NCBI GenBank assembly: GCA_963758635.1
Contig: CAVWWD010000003.1
Span: 832,001-896,000 of the forward strand
Source: an uncultured Candidatus Rokubacteria bacterium
GTDB taxonomy: Bacteria; Methylomirabilota; Methylomirabilia; Rokubacteriales; CSP1-6
Direction of reading: 5' to 3'
DNA length: 64,000 bases
Part shown: positions 10,330-21,228 of the stretch, piece after piece
Layout of the letters: every line of letters begins with the position of its first letter
Position numbering within the stretch: the first letter of the stretch is position 1
The notes under the pieces: generated by a model
Told to the model about the DNA's origin: nothing
What the model saw: the letters and a program-made list of their open reading frames with translations, nothing else
Databases searched by the model: none
Position numbers and translations under genes: made by a program

Positions 10330-11505
10330 ATGGACGGGCGTGCGAGCCCGGAGTCGCTCCTCCGCCGCGTCGCCGTCAACGCCTCCGTTCTCGGTGACCG
10401 CCCGACCGGCCTCGGCATCTACGCCGTCAACCTGATCCAGGAGCTGGCCGCGCTGCATCCCGGCTTGCTCGTATACACCTCGACCGACCGGGACCTGCCG
10501 CGGGACCTGATCGAGGTGCGGCGGATCCCGACCGCGGTGCGACCGGAGCGCGGAATGCTCGGGCACGCCGCGCGCCTGCTGTGGCTGCAGCAGGCGGCCC
10601 TCACCGGCCGGATCCGCCGCGACGGGGTGACGCTGCTCATCAACCTGGTGCCGGAGGGCTTCCTGCTCGGCGGATTCCCCCAGGCCACCGTGGTCCACGA
10701 CCTCCTGCCGTTGCGCTATCCGGAGGAGTACCCCCGGCACCAGTACTACTTCCGCCTGCTCGTGCCGTGGGTGCTGCGCGCCTCGCGCGTCGTCATCGCC
10801 GACTCCGAGAACACGCGGCGGGACATCGAGCGCGCGTACCGCATCCCCGCGCACCGCGTCCGCGTGGTGCCCGCGGGGTACAACGAGCACGTGTTCCACC
10901 CGGGGCGCCCCGGCGTCGGGCCCGGCGTCGCCGAGGACCCGCCGTTCGTGCTCTTCGTGGGGAACATCCTGCCCCACAAGAACCTCCTGCGGCTGCTCGA
11001 CGCGTTCACGCTCGTGACGCGGCGGGTCGCGTGCCGCCTCGTGATCCGGGGCGACGGGCATCCCGTCCACGTCCGCGAGATCCGCGACCGCGTCGAGACG
11101 CTCGAGTGCCGGGACCGGATCGAGTTCCGGCCCTACGTCTCGATGGAGGACCTCGGCGCGCTGTACCGCGCCGCCCGTCTCGTGGTGCTGCCCTCGCTCT
11201 ACGAGGGCTTCGGCCTCACCGCGCTCGAGGCGATGGCGTGCGGGACGCCGGTGGTCGCGTCCAATACCTCGTCGATCCCCGAGGTGGCGGGAGACGCCGC
11301 GCTGCTCGTCGATCCCACCGACGCGGTCGAGATGGCCGACGCGATCCACCGCGGCTTGACCGACGATCGCCTCCGGCCCGAGCTGACCCGCCGCGGCCTC
11401 GCCCGCGCGCGCCTGTTCTCGTGGCAGCGCACGGCCAAGGAACTGCTGGCCGCCGTCGCCGAGTCCGTCGACGCGCCCGACGAACGTGACATCCGGTCGG
11501 CGTGA
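10330..11505 (+). CDS. Glycosyltransferase family 4
   Basis: TGLGIYAVNL; VHDL; LFVGNILPHKN; SLYEGFGLTALEAMACGTPVVASN. Confidence 0.9.
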   Translation: MDGRASPESLLRRVAVNASVLGDRPTGLGIYAVNLIQELAALHPGLLVYTSTDRDLPRDLIEVRRIPTAVRPERGMLGHAARLLWLQQAALTGRIRRDGVTLLINLVPEGFLLGGFPQATVVHDLLPLRYPEEYPRHQYYFRLLVPWVLRASRVVIADSENTRRDIERAYRIPAHRVRVVPAGYNEHVFHPGRPGVGPGVAEDPPFVLFVGNILPHKNLLRLLDAFTLVTRRVACRLVIRGDGHPVHVREIRDRVETLECRDRIEFRPYVSMEDLGALYRAARLVVLPSLYEGFGLTALEAMACGTPVVASNTSSIPEVAGDAALLVDPTDAVEMADAIHRGLTDDRLRPELTRRGLARARLFSWQRTAKELLAAVAESVDAPDERDIRSA

Positions 11506-12660
11506 TCGACCGCTGCGCGTCCTCGAGCTGCTCACCTCGACGAGCGTCGGAGGCGGCCCTGCCCACGTCTACGACCTCGTGACCCGCCTGCCGCGAGCGA
11601 GTTCACGCCGATCATCGGCGCCCCGCGCGACGGGCCCTACTTCGACCGCTTCCTCGCCGCGGGCGTCGAGACCATGGAGCTGTCGCTCAACCGCGTCCGA
11701 CCGTGGACCCTCGGCCAGACCATCCGCCTGATCCACGCGAGCCGCGCCGACCTCGTCCACACGCATGGCAAGGGCGCGGGCCTCTACGGCCGCCTGGCCG
11801 CGCGCTGGGCCAGGGTGCCGGCGGTCCACACCTTCCACGGGATCCACTACCTCGGCTACGGGCTGGGCGTGGGCAGCGCGTACCTGAGCCTCGAGCGGAC
11901 CCTCTCGCGGATGACCCGCGTCGTCATCAACGTGTCCCGGAGCCAGGCCGAGGAGGGCGAGGCCCTGCGGCTCGCCCGGCCGGGGCAGGGCGTCGTGATC
12001 GTGAACGGGGTCGACGTGGCGCACATCCGGCGCCTGGGTGAGGAGCGGCCGATCTCCCGGGCGTCGCTGGGCCTCGCCGAGGACGACCTCGTCCTGGGCT
12101 GCATCACGCGCTTCGACCACGTGAAGCGGATGGACACGCTCCTCGACATGCTGCGGGCCCTGGGCCCGGAGTTCCCGCGCCTGCACCTGGTCCTGGCGGG
12201 CGGGGGTGGCGGGCGGGAGCTCGGGCTGCGCCAGCGCGCGGCGGGCGCCGACCTCCGCGGGCGCGTGACGTTCCTGAACGTGCTCGCCGACGCGCCGCGC
12301 CTGCTGCGCGCTGTCGACGTGTACGTGTCCGCCTCGAGCCGCGAGGGCCTGCCCCTGGCCCTGGTCGAGGCCATGGGCGCCGGGCTCCCGGTGGTGGCGA
12401 CCCGCGTGCCCGGCAACGTCGACACCGTCGACGACGGCGTGACCGGCTTCCTCGTGCGCGCGGACGACCCCGCCGACATGGCGGAGGCGGTGGCCAGGCT
12501 CCTTCGCGCCCCCGATCTCCGCGCCCGGATGGGCGCGGCCGGCCTCGAGCGCGCCCGGAGCCTCTTCTCGGTCGAGCGGATGGTGGACGAGACGGCCAGG
12601 GTGTACCGCGCGGTGATGGGCGCGGGCATGTTGTCCGCGGCGGGAACCGTCGCAGTTTGA
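11486..12660 (+). CDS. Glycosyltransferase family 4 (indel near 11595)
   Basis: LRVLELLTSTSVGGG, then DLVHTHG..EGLPLALVEAMGAGLPVVATRVPG. Confidence 0.85.
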
Positions 12661-12766
12661 CCGAGACACTCTCCCGCGGCACGATCGCTTGCGACCCTGC
12701 CCGGCGTGGGGCTCGTCAGCGCCCGGCGTCGGCTCCCCGGAACGCCGCCCGGGAAGGAGAGTGACG

Positions 12767-15619
12767 GTGTCGACCGACCCGCGTCACCTGCCGGCGTCCG
12801 GCCCCTTCTGGGCCGGCTTTGGCGTTATCTTCGTGTGCTTCTTCCTGTCCGGCGCGACGGGTCTCGTGTACCAGGTGCTCTGGCTCCGGCTCCTGGGCCT
12901 CATCTTCGGCCACACCGTCTACGCGATCACCGCCGTGCTCGCGGCGTTCATGGCCGGCCTCGCGCTCGGCAGCTTCGTCTTCGCGCGGCGCCTCTCGCGG
13001 TTCCCCAACCTGATCCGGGCGTACGGCTGGCTGGAGATCGGCATCGGCGTCTACTGCGCGCTCCTGCCCGTGCTGCTCTGGCTGGCCTCCGTCGTCTACC
13101 TGCGCGCGCACGGCGCGCTCGGGCTGTCCTACGACGCGTTCAGCCTGTTCCAGTTCCTCCTGGTGTTCCTCCTGCTCCTGGTTCCGACCACGCTCATGGG
13201 CGGCACGCTGCCGATCCTCAGCCAGGCCCTCGTCACCCAGGACCGCGGGCTCGGCGCGAAGGTCGGCGCGCTCTACGCGGTGAACACGTTCGGCGCGGTC
13301 GTCGGCGTGGTGCTCGCGGGCTACGTCCTGCTGCCCGCCATCGGCAACCGCCTGACCATCGCCGTGGCCGCCACCGCGAACGTCCTCGTCGGCCTCCTGG
13401 CCATCGCCTATGCGCGCCGGCATCCGGTGGCCGCGGCGCCGGAGCCGGAGCCCGCGCCGGCCCCGGAGGGCGCGGGCAAGCGCGCGCGGACGGCCGCGGA
13501 CCGTCGGACCGCGGCCGACGAGGCGGCGGGCGCCGGGACCGCGCCCCTCGGGGTCTGGCTCACCGTGGCCGCGCTCGGCGTGTCCGGGGCGGTGTCGCTC
13601 GCCTACGAGGTCGCGTGGACGCGGGCGCTGTCCCTGGTCATCGGCAGCTCCACCTACGCCTTCACGTCGATGCTGGTGGCCTTCCTCGTCGGGATCGCCG
13701 GCGGCAGCGCGCTCTACTCGTGGCTGTGGGGCGCGCGCGCCGCGTCGCCGGCCACGTTCGCCGTCATCCAGATCGCCATCGGCGTGACCGTCACCGTGAC
13801 CATGATGGCGTTCGAGCGCATCCCCGAGCTGTTCCTGGTCGCGCTCCGCTGGTCGGACTCGCCGTCGTTCGTCCAGCTCACCCAGTTCGTCGTCAGCGCC
13901 GTGGCCCTCCTGGGGTTCACGCTGCTGATCGGGGCCACGTTTCCGTGCGCGGTGGCGGTGGCGGCGCGCGCGGCCCGGCGCGTCGGGCGGGACGTGGGCC
14001 AGATCTACGCCGTCAACACGCTGGGCGCGATCGCGGGGACGATGCTGGCGGGCTTCGTGCTGATCCCCGTGCTCGGGGCGCAGGGCACGGTCAAGGTCGG
14101 CGTCGCCGCCAACTTCCTCACCGCCGCCGTGCTGCTCGCGGTGCCTCGCCCGCCGCTGGCCCGCCCCTGGCAGTGGGCGGGCCTGGGCGGCGCCGTTGTG
14201 GCCGCCGTCGCCGTCTTCTTCGCGCCCGGCTGGGACCCGTCGGTGATGTCGAGCGGTCCCGCGGTGTACGGCAAGGGCTACCTCCGGGACTCGCGCCGCA
14301 GCGTGCAGGAGATCCTGCGCGGGCACCAGGTGCTCTTCTACCGCGACGGGATCAGCGGCACCGTCGCGGTCACGCGGGAAGGGGACCACGTCTTCCTGCG
14401 CGTGAACGGGAAAATGGATGCGGGCACCGCCGTGGACATGCCCACCCAGCTCATGTCCGGGCACATCCCGATGCTGCTGCACCAGGACCCGCGGTCCGTG
14501 CTCGTGATCGGCATGGGCAGCGGCATCACCGCCGGCGCGGTGTCGCGGCACCCCATCCAGCGCCTGGACATCGTGGAGATCGAGCCGGCCGTCGCCGAGG
14601 CGTCGCGCTTCTTCGCCCACATCCACGGCGACGTGCTGAAGGATCCGCGGACGCGCGTGGCGTTCGCCGACGGCCGCAACTACCTGCTCACCACGCCGCA
14701 GCGCTACGACCTGATCATCTCCGAGCCCTCGAACCCGTGGATCGGCGGCCTCGCCGCGTTGTTCTCCGTGGAGCTCTTCACGATCGCCCGCGACCGGCTG
14801 CGTCCCGGCGGCATGATGCTCCAGTGGATCCAGGGATACAGCATCGTGCCCGATGACCTCCGGATGGTCATCAATACGTTCCGGAGCGTCTTCCCGTCGG
14901 TGACGGTGTGGAACACGATCAAGGGCGACTTCCTGCTCGTGGGGCGGATGGAGCCGACGCCCGTCGACCTGGACCGGCTGCGCGTCAGGTACCAGGAGAA
15001 CCCCGGCGTCTGGCGCGACCTCGATCGCATCGGGATCACGACGTGGCCGTCCGTCCTCGGCTACTTCATGCTGGGCGACGGCGACGCCGGGCGGCTCGTG
15101 GCGGGCGCCGGGCTCAACACCGACGACCGGCTGCCCCTCGAGTTCTCCACGCCGCGGGCGCTCTACCTCGACACGGCCGAGCCGAACTGGCAGATGGTGC
15201 AGGGCTTCAAGACCGCCGCCCTCCCCGACCTCACGCCCGCGAGCCGCCGGTATCTCGGCGACGCGTCCGTCGAGGCCGCGATCGGCGCGGGCTACGCGAG
15301 CCGGTACGTGTTCGCCGACGCGCTCGCGCACCTCTCGCGGGCGCTCCAGATCGATCCCGACTACCGGCCGGCGCTGATCTGGAGCGCGTCCGTCCTGCTG
15401 CGCGTGGGTCAGCCCGCGGTGGCGCTCACCATGGCGCAGCGCGTGCTGACCCGCGAGCCGCAGAACGCCGAGGCCCTCTTCCTGTCCGGGCTCGCGTACG
15501 AGGCGACCCACGCGCGCGACCAGGCCCTGGCCGCCATCCAGCAGGCGGTGGCGCTCCAGCCGCGAAACCGCGCGTACCAGGCGGCGCTGCAGCGCATCAG
15601 TGGGAACACGCTGAGATGA
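12767..15619 (+). CDS. Fused multi-TM/spermidine synthase-like protein with C-terminal TPRs
   Basis: FFLSGATGLVYQVLW TM repeats; LYAVNT.GA motifs; VLVIGMGSGITA..VEIEP..DGR..YDLIISEPSNPW; TPR-like helices. Confidence 0.9.
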   Translation: MSTDPRHLPASGPFWAGFGVIFVCFFLSGATGLVYQVLWLRLLGLIFGHTVYAITAVLAAFMAGLALGSFVFARRLSRFPNLIRAYGWLEIGIGVYCALLPVLLWLASVVYLRAHGALGLSYDAFSLFQFLLVFLLLLVPTTLMGGTLPILSQALVTQDRGLGAKVGALYAVNTFGAVVGVVLAGYVLLPAIGNRLTIAVAATANVLVGLLAIAYARRHPVAAAPEPEPAPAPEGAGKRARTAADRRTAADEAAGAGTAPLGVWLTVAALGVSGAVSLAYEVAWTRALSLVIGSSTYAFTSMLVAFLVGIAGGSALYSWLWGARAASPATFAVIQIAIGVTVTVTMMAFERIPELFLVALRWSDSPSFVQLTQFVVSAVALLGFTLLIGATFPCAVAVAARAARRVGRDVGQIYAVNTLGAIAGTMLAGFVLIPVLGAQGTVKVGVAANFLTAAVLLAVPRPPLARPWQWAGLGGAVVAAVAVFFAPGWDPSVMSSGPAVYGKGYLRDSRRSVQEILRGHQVLFYRDGISGTVAVTREGDHVFLRVNGKMDAGTAVDMPTQLMSGHIPMLLHQDPRSVLVIGMGSGITAGAVSRHPIQRLDIVEIEPAVAEASRFFAHIHGDVLKDPRTRVAFADGRNYLLTTPQRYDLIISEPSNPWIGGLAALFSVELFTIARDRLRPGGMMLQWIQGYSIVPDDLRMVINTFRSVFPSVTVWNTIKGDFLLVGRMEPTPVDLDRLRVRYQENPGVWRDLDRIGITTWPSVLGYFMLGDGDAGRLVAGAGLNTDDRLPLEFSTPRALYLDTAEPNWQMVQGFKTAALPDLTPASRRYLGDASVEAAIGAGYASRYVFADALAHLSRALQIDPDYRPALIWSASVLLRVGQPAVALTMAQRVLTREPQNAEALFLSGLAYEATHARDQALAAIQQAVALQPRNRAYQAALQRISGNTLR

Positions 15620-15650
15620 TCCGACACGGCTGGCTCTCCCGGAGGATGCG

Positions 15651-16385
15651 ATGAGAAGGTCCGGACTGCCAAGGGCAGGGCGGGTGGCGTTGCTGGCGCT
15701 GGGCGTCGTTGGGCTCTCGGCCTGCGGGCGGGGCGACACGCCCGCGCCGGCCAGCTCGACGCCGGGCTCCGCTCCCGCGCCGTTGGCCGGCGCGCGAGCC
15801 CAGGGGGCGGCTGATCCCGCCCCGGCGCTCGAGGGGCTGTGGCAAGCGGGCGACACGGTGATGCGGCTCACCGTCGAAAAGGCGATGGTGCGCGGCACGA
15901 TGGCCGAGGTGGGCGCCGCCGCCCGCACGCTCGGGTTCAAGCCCGGCGACGCGTCCTTCGTGGCCTCGGCCGACGGGCATTACCTCTGGGGCGAGCAGGT
16001 CATCCGCTACGCCGGGCCCTGCCATCCGAGCGGCCGCAAGGTCTCGATGATGGCGAGGATGACGCCGGACGGTCGCGTGCTCGCCGTGCACCACGCGGCC
16101 CCACGAGGCGCCCGCGATCATCCGCGTGGCCTACTAACAGTACCGCATGACGGACCGCGCGACCCTGGCGCGGAGCGGGCAGTACTGGACGCGGGAGCTG
16201 GTCGCGTACCATCCCGCCGCGCACTTCTGCGACGCGCCGTCGCCGCCGCGGTTTTGACGCCTGCGGGCCTTTTCGCGCCGGTGACCCGGAACTCCGTGTC
16301 GTATAATGACGTTTGCGCTACGGCAACACGCGTCGCCGCGGCAGGGCCCATCGAGGGAGGAGAGCGAACGCCATGCGGGTGTTGA
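15651..16385 (+). CDS. Hypothetical lipoprotein (3' end uncertain)
   Basis: GGAGG RBS and lipobox LSAC; plausible coding to ~16090, after which the sequence looks error-prone. Confidence 0.6.
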   Translation: MRRSGLPRAGRVALLALGVVGLSACGRGDTPAPASSTPGSAPAPLAGARAQGAADPAPALEGLWQAGDTVMRLTVEKAMVRGTMAEVGAAARTLGFKPGDASFVASADGHYLWGEQVIRYAGPCHPSGRKVSMMARMTPDGRVLAVHHAAPRGARDHPRGLLTVPHDGPRDPGAERAVLDAGAGRVPSRRALLRRAVAAAVLTPAGLFAPVTRNSVSYNDVCATATRVAAAGPIEGGERTPCGC

Positions 16386-17341
16386 TCACCGGTATCACCG
16401 GCTTCGTGGGCAGCCACATGGCCGAGTATGCGCTGGCCCGCGGGGCCGAGGTCTTCGGCTCGTATCGCTGGCGGAGCAAGACCGAGAACATCGATCACCT
16501 GCGATCGCGGATCACGCTGATCGAGTCCGACCTGCGCGACCTGTCCTCGGTGCGCGGACTGGTCGAGGCGAGCCAGCCCGACTGGGTCGCCCACCTGGCC
16601 GCGCAGAGCTTCGTCGGCACGTCCTGGCAGACGCCCGCGGAGACGCTCACCACGAACATCATCTCGCAGGTGAACCTGCTCGAGGCGATCCGCGGGCTGA
16701 AGCTCCTCCCGCGCTTCCTCGCCGTCGGCACCAGCGAGGAGTACGGCCTCGTGTACCCGGAGGAGCTGCCGATCAAGGAGACCAACCCCCTGCGCCCGCT
16801 GTCGCCGTACGCGGTGAGCAAGGTGGGGCAGGACATGATGGGGTACCAGTACTTCAAGAGCTACGGGCTGCCCATCGTCCGCACGCGCGCGTTCAACCAC
16901 GAGGGCCCACGCCGCGGCGACGTCTTCGTCACGTCGGCCTTCGCCAAGCAGGTGGCGGAAATCGAGGCGGGCCGCCGCGAGCCGGTGATCTCGGTGGGCG
17001 ACCTCAAGCCCCGGCGCGACTACTCGGACGTGCGGGACATCGTGCGCGGGTACTGGACGCTCCTCGAGCGCGGCGAGCCCGGCGAGGTCTACAACCTCTG
17101 CTCCGGGCGGTCGTGGGCCATCCAGCAGGTGCTGGACTTCCTGCTCGGCGAGTCCCGGGTGAAGGGCATCACCGTCCACACCGATCCGGCGCGGCTGCGT
17201 CCCTCCGACGTGATGCTCCTGGAAGGCGATCCCTCGAAGATCGAGCGGGCGACGGGGTGGAAGGTGGAGATCCCGTTCGAGCAGACGCTGCGCGAGCTCC
17301 TCGACTACTGGCGGCAGCGCATTCCTCCGCTGTCGAGCTGA
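16373..17341 (+). CDS. GDP-mannose 4,6-dehydratase / Rmd-type nucleotide-sugar SDR
   Basis: VLITGITGFVG; HLAAQSFV; SPYAVSK; RAFNHEGPRRG; RDYSDVRD. Confidence 0.9.
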   Translation: MRVLITGITGFVGSHMAEYALARGAEVFGSYRWRSKTENIDHLRSRITLIESDLRDLSSVRGLVEASQPDWVAHLAAQSFVGTSWQTPAETLTTNIISQVNLLEAIRGLKLLPRFLAVGTSEEYGLVYPEELPIKETNPLRPLSPYAVSKVGQDMMGYQYFKSYGLPIVRTRAFNHEGPRRGDVFVTSAFAKQVAEIEAGRREPVISVGDLKPRRDYSDVRDIVRGYWTLLERGEPGEVYNLCSGRSWAIQQVLDFLLGESRVKGITVHTDPARLRPSDVMLLEGDPSKIERATGWKVEIPFEQTLRELLDYWRQRIPPLSS

Positions 17342-17417
17342 GGCCGTTGAGCCCATCGCCCCGCGGGGAGCCGCTCCCCTCCACGTCGACCTGACGCGCC
17401 ATTCCGGGGCGGCTCAC

Positions 17418-18539
17418 GTGCGGGTGGCCCTGGTCCACGACTGGCTGACGGGCATGCGGGGCGGCGAACGCTGCCTCGAGGTGTTCTGCGAGCTCTTCCC
17501 CCAGGCCGACCTCTTCACGCTGCTCCACGTGCCAGGCTCGGTCGGCCCGCTCATCGAGCGGCGGCGCATCGTGACGTCGTTCGTGCAGTCGCTGCCCGAC
17601 GCGGCCCGACGGTACCGCGCGTACCTGCCGCTCTTCCCGGCCGCCGTCCGCCGCTTCGACCTCCGGGGCTACGACCTGATCCTGTCGTCGAGCCACGCCG
17701 TGGCCAAGGGCGTCCGCGTGCCGCCGGGGGCGCTGCACGTGTGCTACTGCTTCACGCCGATGCGCTACGTGTGGGACCTCTACAACGAGTACTTCGGCGC
17801 GCGGGCCGGCGCCCTCACGCGCGCGGTCATGCCGCCCGTGGCGGCATCGCTCCGGCGCTGGGACCGGAAGACCGCGGCCTCCGTGCGCCACTTCGTGGCC
17901 ATCTCCCGCTTCATCGCCGAGCGCATCCGGCGCTGCTACGGGCGCGACGCGGACGTGATCCATCCCCCCGTGGACGTGGCGCGCTTCCGCGTCGAGGAGC
18001 CGGCCGGCGACTACTATCTGGTCGTCTCCGCGCTCACGCCGTACAAGCGCGTGGACCTCGCCGTCGAGGCCGCGAATCGCCGGCGCTGCCGCCTCGTCGT
18101 CGTCGGCTCGGGGCCGGAGGAGGCACGGCTGCGCGCGCTCGCCGGGCCGTCCGTCGAGTTCCTGGGGTGGCGCCCCGATCCCGAGGTGGCCGACCTCTAC
18201 GCGCGCTGCCGGGCGCTCGTCTTCCCCTCGGTGGAGGACTTCGGCATCACCCCGCTGGAGGCCATGGCGTCGGGCCGGCCCGTCATCGCGCTGGGCGAGG
18301 GGGGCGCGCTCGAGACCGTGGTCGAGCCGGGCGGGGCGGAGCCGCCCACCGGGCTCCTCTTCCGGCCGCAGACGGTGGACGCGCTCGCCGCGGCCCTGGA
18401 CCGCTTCGAGGCGGGGAGCGTGGCCTTCGAGCCGAAGGCCCTCCGCCGGAGGGCCGAGGCGTTCGACCGGCCGCTCTTCAAGGAGCGCATCGCGCGCTAC
18501 CTCGACGAGCGCCTGCGCGAGGCCGGCGCGTCGTGCTGA
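17418..18539 (+). CDS. Glycosyltransferase family 4
   Basis: VALVHDWLTGMRGGE; CYCFTPMRY; EDFGITPLEAMASG. Confidence 0.9.
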   Translation: MRVALVHDWLTGMRGGERCLEVFCELFPQADLFTLLHVPGSVGPLIERRRIVTSFVQSLPDAARRYRAYLPLFPAAVRRFDLRGYDLILSSSHAVAKGVRVPPGALHVCYCFTPMRYVWDLYNEYFGARAGALTRAVMPPVAASLRRWDRKTAASVRHFVAISRFIAERIRRCYGRDADVIHPPVDVARFRVEEPAGDYYLVVSALTPYKRVDLAVEAANRRRCRLVVVGSGPEEARLRALAGPSVEFLGWRPDPEVADLYARCRALVFPSVEDFGITPLEAMASGRPVIALGEGGALETVVEPGGAEPPTGLLFRPQTVDALAAALDRFEAGSVAFEPKALRRRAEAFDRPLFKERIARYLDERLREAGASC

Positions 18540-19924
18540 AGGCGCACTCGCGGCTCCTCGAGCAGGTGATGCTGGGCGGCGACCTGCTGATCGTGGCCGC
18601 GGCCTGGCTCGCCGCCTACGGGGTGCGCTTCTACGTGGCCGGCCCCGCGCTCCGCAGCGCGATCCCGCCGCTCGAGCCGTATCTCCTCATGCTCCTGCCC
18701 ATCCTCGTCGTGTGGGGGCTGTCCTTCCGCGCCTTCGACCTCTACCGGCCGCGGCGCATCGGCTCGCGCCTGTCCGAGGTGGCCGGCGTCGCCAAGGCGT
18801 CCTCGCTGGGCGGGCTCGTGCTGGTGGCGGTCATGACGTTCTTCTTCCGCGAGTTCGAGTACTCGCGCGTGGTGATCGTCTACTTCTGGGTGCTGTCGAT
18901 CGTGGGGGTCTCGTTCTCCCGGTACGTCTTCCGCGAGGCCCTCCGCGTGGCACGGCGGCGCGGCTACAACGTGCGCTATGCGGTGGTGGTGGGCAGCGGC
19001 GAGCTCGCGGACAGCGTGATCGAGCGTCTCCGCGCCCGGCCCGACATCGGGATCCAGGTGCTCGGCGTGGTCGGGGACAAGGACGGCGCGGGCAGCGTGC
19101 CCCTGCTCGGGGGCTACGCCGACCTCGCCGCGGTCCTGGGCACGCGCGAGGTGGACCACGTGATCCTCGCCCTCGCCCACGAGGACTACGAGCGGCTGCG
19201 CGGGCTCCTCGACGCCATCGGCGACGAGCCCGTCACCATCCACGTGGTGCCGGACCTCTTCCGCTTCGCGTCGCTGCGCGGCGGCGTGGAGGAGTTCGAC
19301 GGCGTGCCCTTCATCCACCTCCGCGAGTCGCCGCTCCACGGCTGGAACCGGCTGCTCAAGCGCGTGTTCGACGTCGTGATGTCGGTGGGCGTGCTCGGCG
19401 CGCTCGCGCCCGTGCTCGCCCTGCTGGCCTTGCTGGTCCGGCTCTCCTCCCGGGGGCCCGTGCTCTACCGGCAGGAGCGGATGGGCCTCGACGGCCGCCG
19501 CTTCGGCATGCTGAAGTTCCGGACGATGCGCGTGGACGCGGAGGCCCAGACGGGGCCGGTGTGGGCGGCGTCCACCGATCCGCGGCGGACGCCGATCGGC
19601 GGGCTGCTCCGCCGGTTCAGCCTCGACGAACTGCCCCAGTTCGTCAACGTGTTGCGCGGCGAGATGAGCGTGGTGGGGCCGCGCCCGGAGCGGCCCGTCT
19701 TCGTCGAGCGCTTCCGCCAGACCGTCCCCGGCTACATGCTGCGCCACAAGGTGAAGTCGGGCATCACGGGGTGGGCGCAGGTCAACGGGCTGCGCGGCAA
19801 CACCTCGCTCGAGGAGCGGATCCGCTACGACATCGAGTACATCGAGCGCTGGTCGCTCTGGCTCGACCTCAAGATCATCGCCCTCACCGTCACGCGCGTG
19901 CTGTTCGACCGGAACGCGTACTAG
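18533..19924 (+). CDS. Undecaprenyl-phosphate sugar (glucose) phosphotransferase, WcaJ-like
   Basis: N-terminal TMs; KRVFD..KFRTM..SLDELPQF.NVLRGEMSVVGPRPE..GITGWAQVNG. Confidence 0.9.
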   Translation: MLKAHSRLLEQVMLGGDLLIVAAAWLAAYGVRFYVAGPALRSAIPPLEPYLLMLLPILVVWGLSFRAFDLYRPRRIGSRLSEVAGVAKASSLGGLVLVAVMTFFFREFEYSRVVIVYFWVLSIVGVSFSRYVFREALRVARRRGYNVRYAVVVGSGELADSVIERLRARPDIGIQVLGVVGDKDGAGSVPLLGGYADLAAVLGTREVDHVILALAHEDYERLRGLLDAIGDEPVTIHVVPDLFRFASLRGGVEEFDGVPFIHLRESPLHGWNRLLKRVFDVVMSVGVLGALAPVLALLALLVRLSSRGPVLYRQERMGLDGRRFGMLKFRTMRVDAEAQTGPVWAASTDPRRTPIGGLLRRFSLDELPQFVNVLRGEMSVVGPRPERPVFVERFRQTVPGYMLRHKVKSGITGWAQVNGLRGNTSLEERIRYDIEYIERWSLWLDLKIIALTVTRVLFDRNAY

Positions 19925-19992
19925 GCGGGGCCACGCATGAACGTGCTCAGCGGACCGCCGCGCCGGGCGGGGTCCGCCTCCATTCGCGGACG

Positions 19993-21198
19993 ATGCGGGC
20001 GGGCGTGACGCTCGGGCACGTCCTCCTCGGCGCCTACGTGATCGGCCTCGGGGCCTCGATCACGCTCTCGCAGCTCGCCCTGGCCGCCCTGACCCTGCGC
20101 TGGCTCGTCCGGATCGCGCGGGAGCGCCGGCGTCCCGACCTGCCCCTCCTGGCGCCCGTCCTCGCCTTCGTGGCGGTGAGCGTCGTATCCGCCCTCGGCG
20201 CCCCCGATCCCGTGGCGAGCCTCGTCGCCAGCAAGGGCCTGCTGCTGGCGCTGGGCCTCTACGTGACCGTCGATGCGCTCGCCGACCGGGCCGAGGCGGA
20301 TCGCCTGCTCACCGCGCTGGCCATCGTGGGCGCGGCGGCCGCGCTCGTGGGCCTCTACCAGGTCGTGACGTGCCCGGGTCCGCCCACCGCGGCCGGGCTC
20401 GCCACGCGAGCGTATCGCTGCGATCGCGCGCGCGGCTTCTTCAGCATCTACATGACCCTGGCCGGCGTCCTGAGCCTCCTGCTGCTCGCCATCGCCCCCC
20501 GGCTCCTGCCGGGCGCGCGCGGGCGCGCGGTGGCGGCCGTCCCGTGGCTCGTCATGGTGCTGGGGCTTGCCGCGACGTACGTGCGGGGAGCGTGGCTCGG
20601 GCTCGGGGCGGGAATGCTGGCGCTGGCCGCGCTCGCGCGCCGGGGGCGCTGGCTCTTCGTCGCCGGGCTCGCCGTCCTCGTGATCCTCGCCCTCAGCGGG
20701 CCCGCGCAGCTCCGTCACCGGATCCTCAGCATGACCGATCCGCAGGAGCCCACGATCAGGGAGCGGGTCTACATGTGGCGGAGCGGCGCCGAGATGCTGA
20801 TGGAGCGGCCGCTCCTCGGCACCGGCCCGGGCGGCGTCAAGCGACAGTACGAGCGCTTCGCGCTGCCCGAGGCGATCAAGAAACGCACGGGCCACCTGCA
20901 CAACGCGCCTCTGCAGATCCTGGTCGAGCGCGGCCTCCTGGGGCTCGCCGCCTGGCTGTGGATCTGGGTCGCGTTCTACCTGCGCGCCGGCGCGCTGCTC
21001 GCGCGTCTCGACCCCGAGGATCGGCAGGCCCGCGCGCTCGTCGTGGGCGGCCTCGCCGCGATCACGGGCTTCCTCGTGGGCGGACTCTCCGAGTACAACT
21101 TCGGCGACTCGGAGGTGGTCCTGCTCGCGTGGACGCTGATGGCGCTGCCCTTCGTGGCCGCGCGGCCGGCGGGGGACGCCGCGCGCCGCGACGGGTGA
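19993..21198 (+). CDS. O-antigen ligase family protein
   Basis: Multi-TM; TYVRGAW; R.YMW..ERPLLGTGPG..HLHN..LVERGLLG. Confidence 0.85.
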   Translation: MRAGVTLGHVLLGAYVIGLGASITLSQLALAALTLRWLVRIARERRRPDLPLLAPVLAFVAVSVVSALGAPDPVASLVASKGLLLALGLYVTVDALADRAEADRLLTALAIVGAAAALVGLYQVVTCPGPPTAAGLATRAYRCDRARGFFSIYMTLAGVLSLLLLAIAPRLLPGARGRAVAAVPWLVMVLGLAATYVRGAWLGLGAGMLALAALARRGRWLFVAGLAVLVILALSGPAQLRHRILSMTDPQEPTIRERVYMWRSGAEMLMERPLLGTGPGGVKRQYERFALPEAIKKRTGHLHNAPLQILVERGLLGLAAWLWIWVAFYLRAGALLARLDPEDRQARALVVGGLAAITGFLVGGLSEYNFGDSEVVLLAWTLMALPFVAARPAGDAARRDG

Positions 21199-21228
21199 GG
21201 GGCCGTCGCCCGGCTCAGGTCGCCCGGC

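Noticed and set aside
12716..15940. Long antisense and alternate-frame ORFs (for example 1074 aa here and 1017 aa at 57740-60793)
   Set aside because: They are shadows of real genes in high-GC DNA, are Arg/Gly/Ala-rich and show no recognisable motifs.
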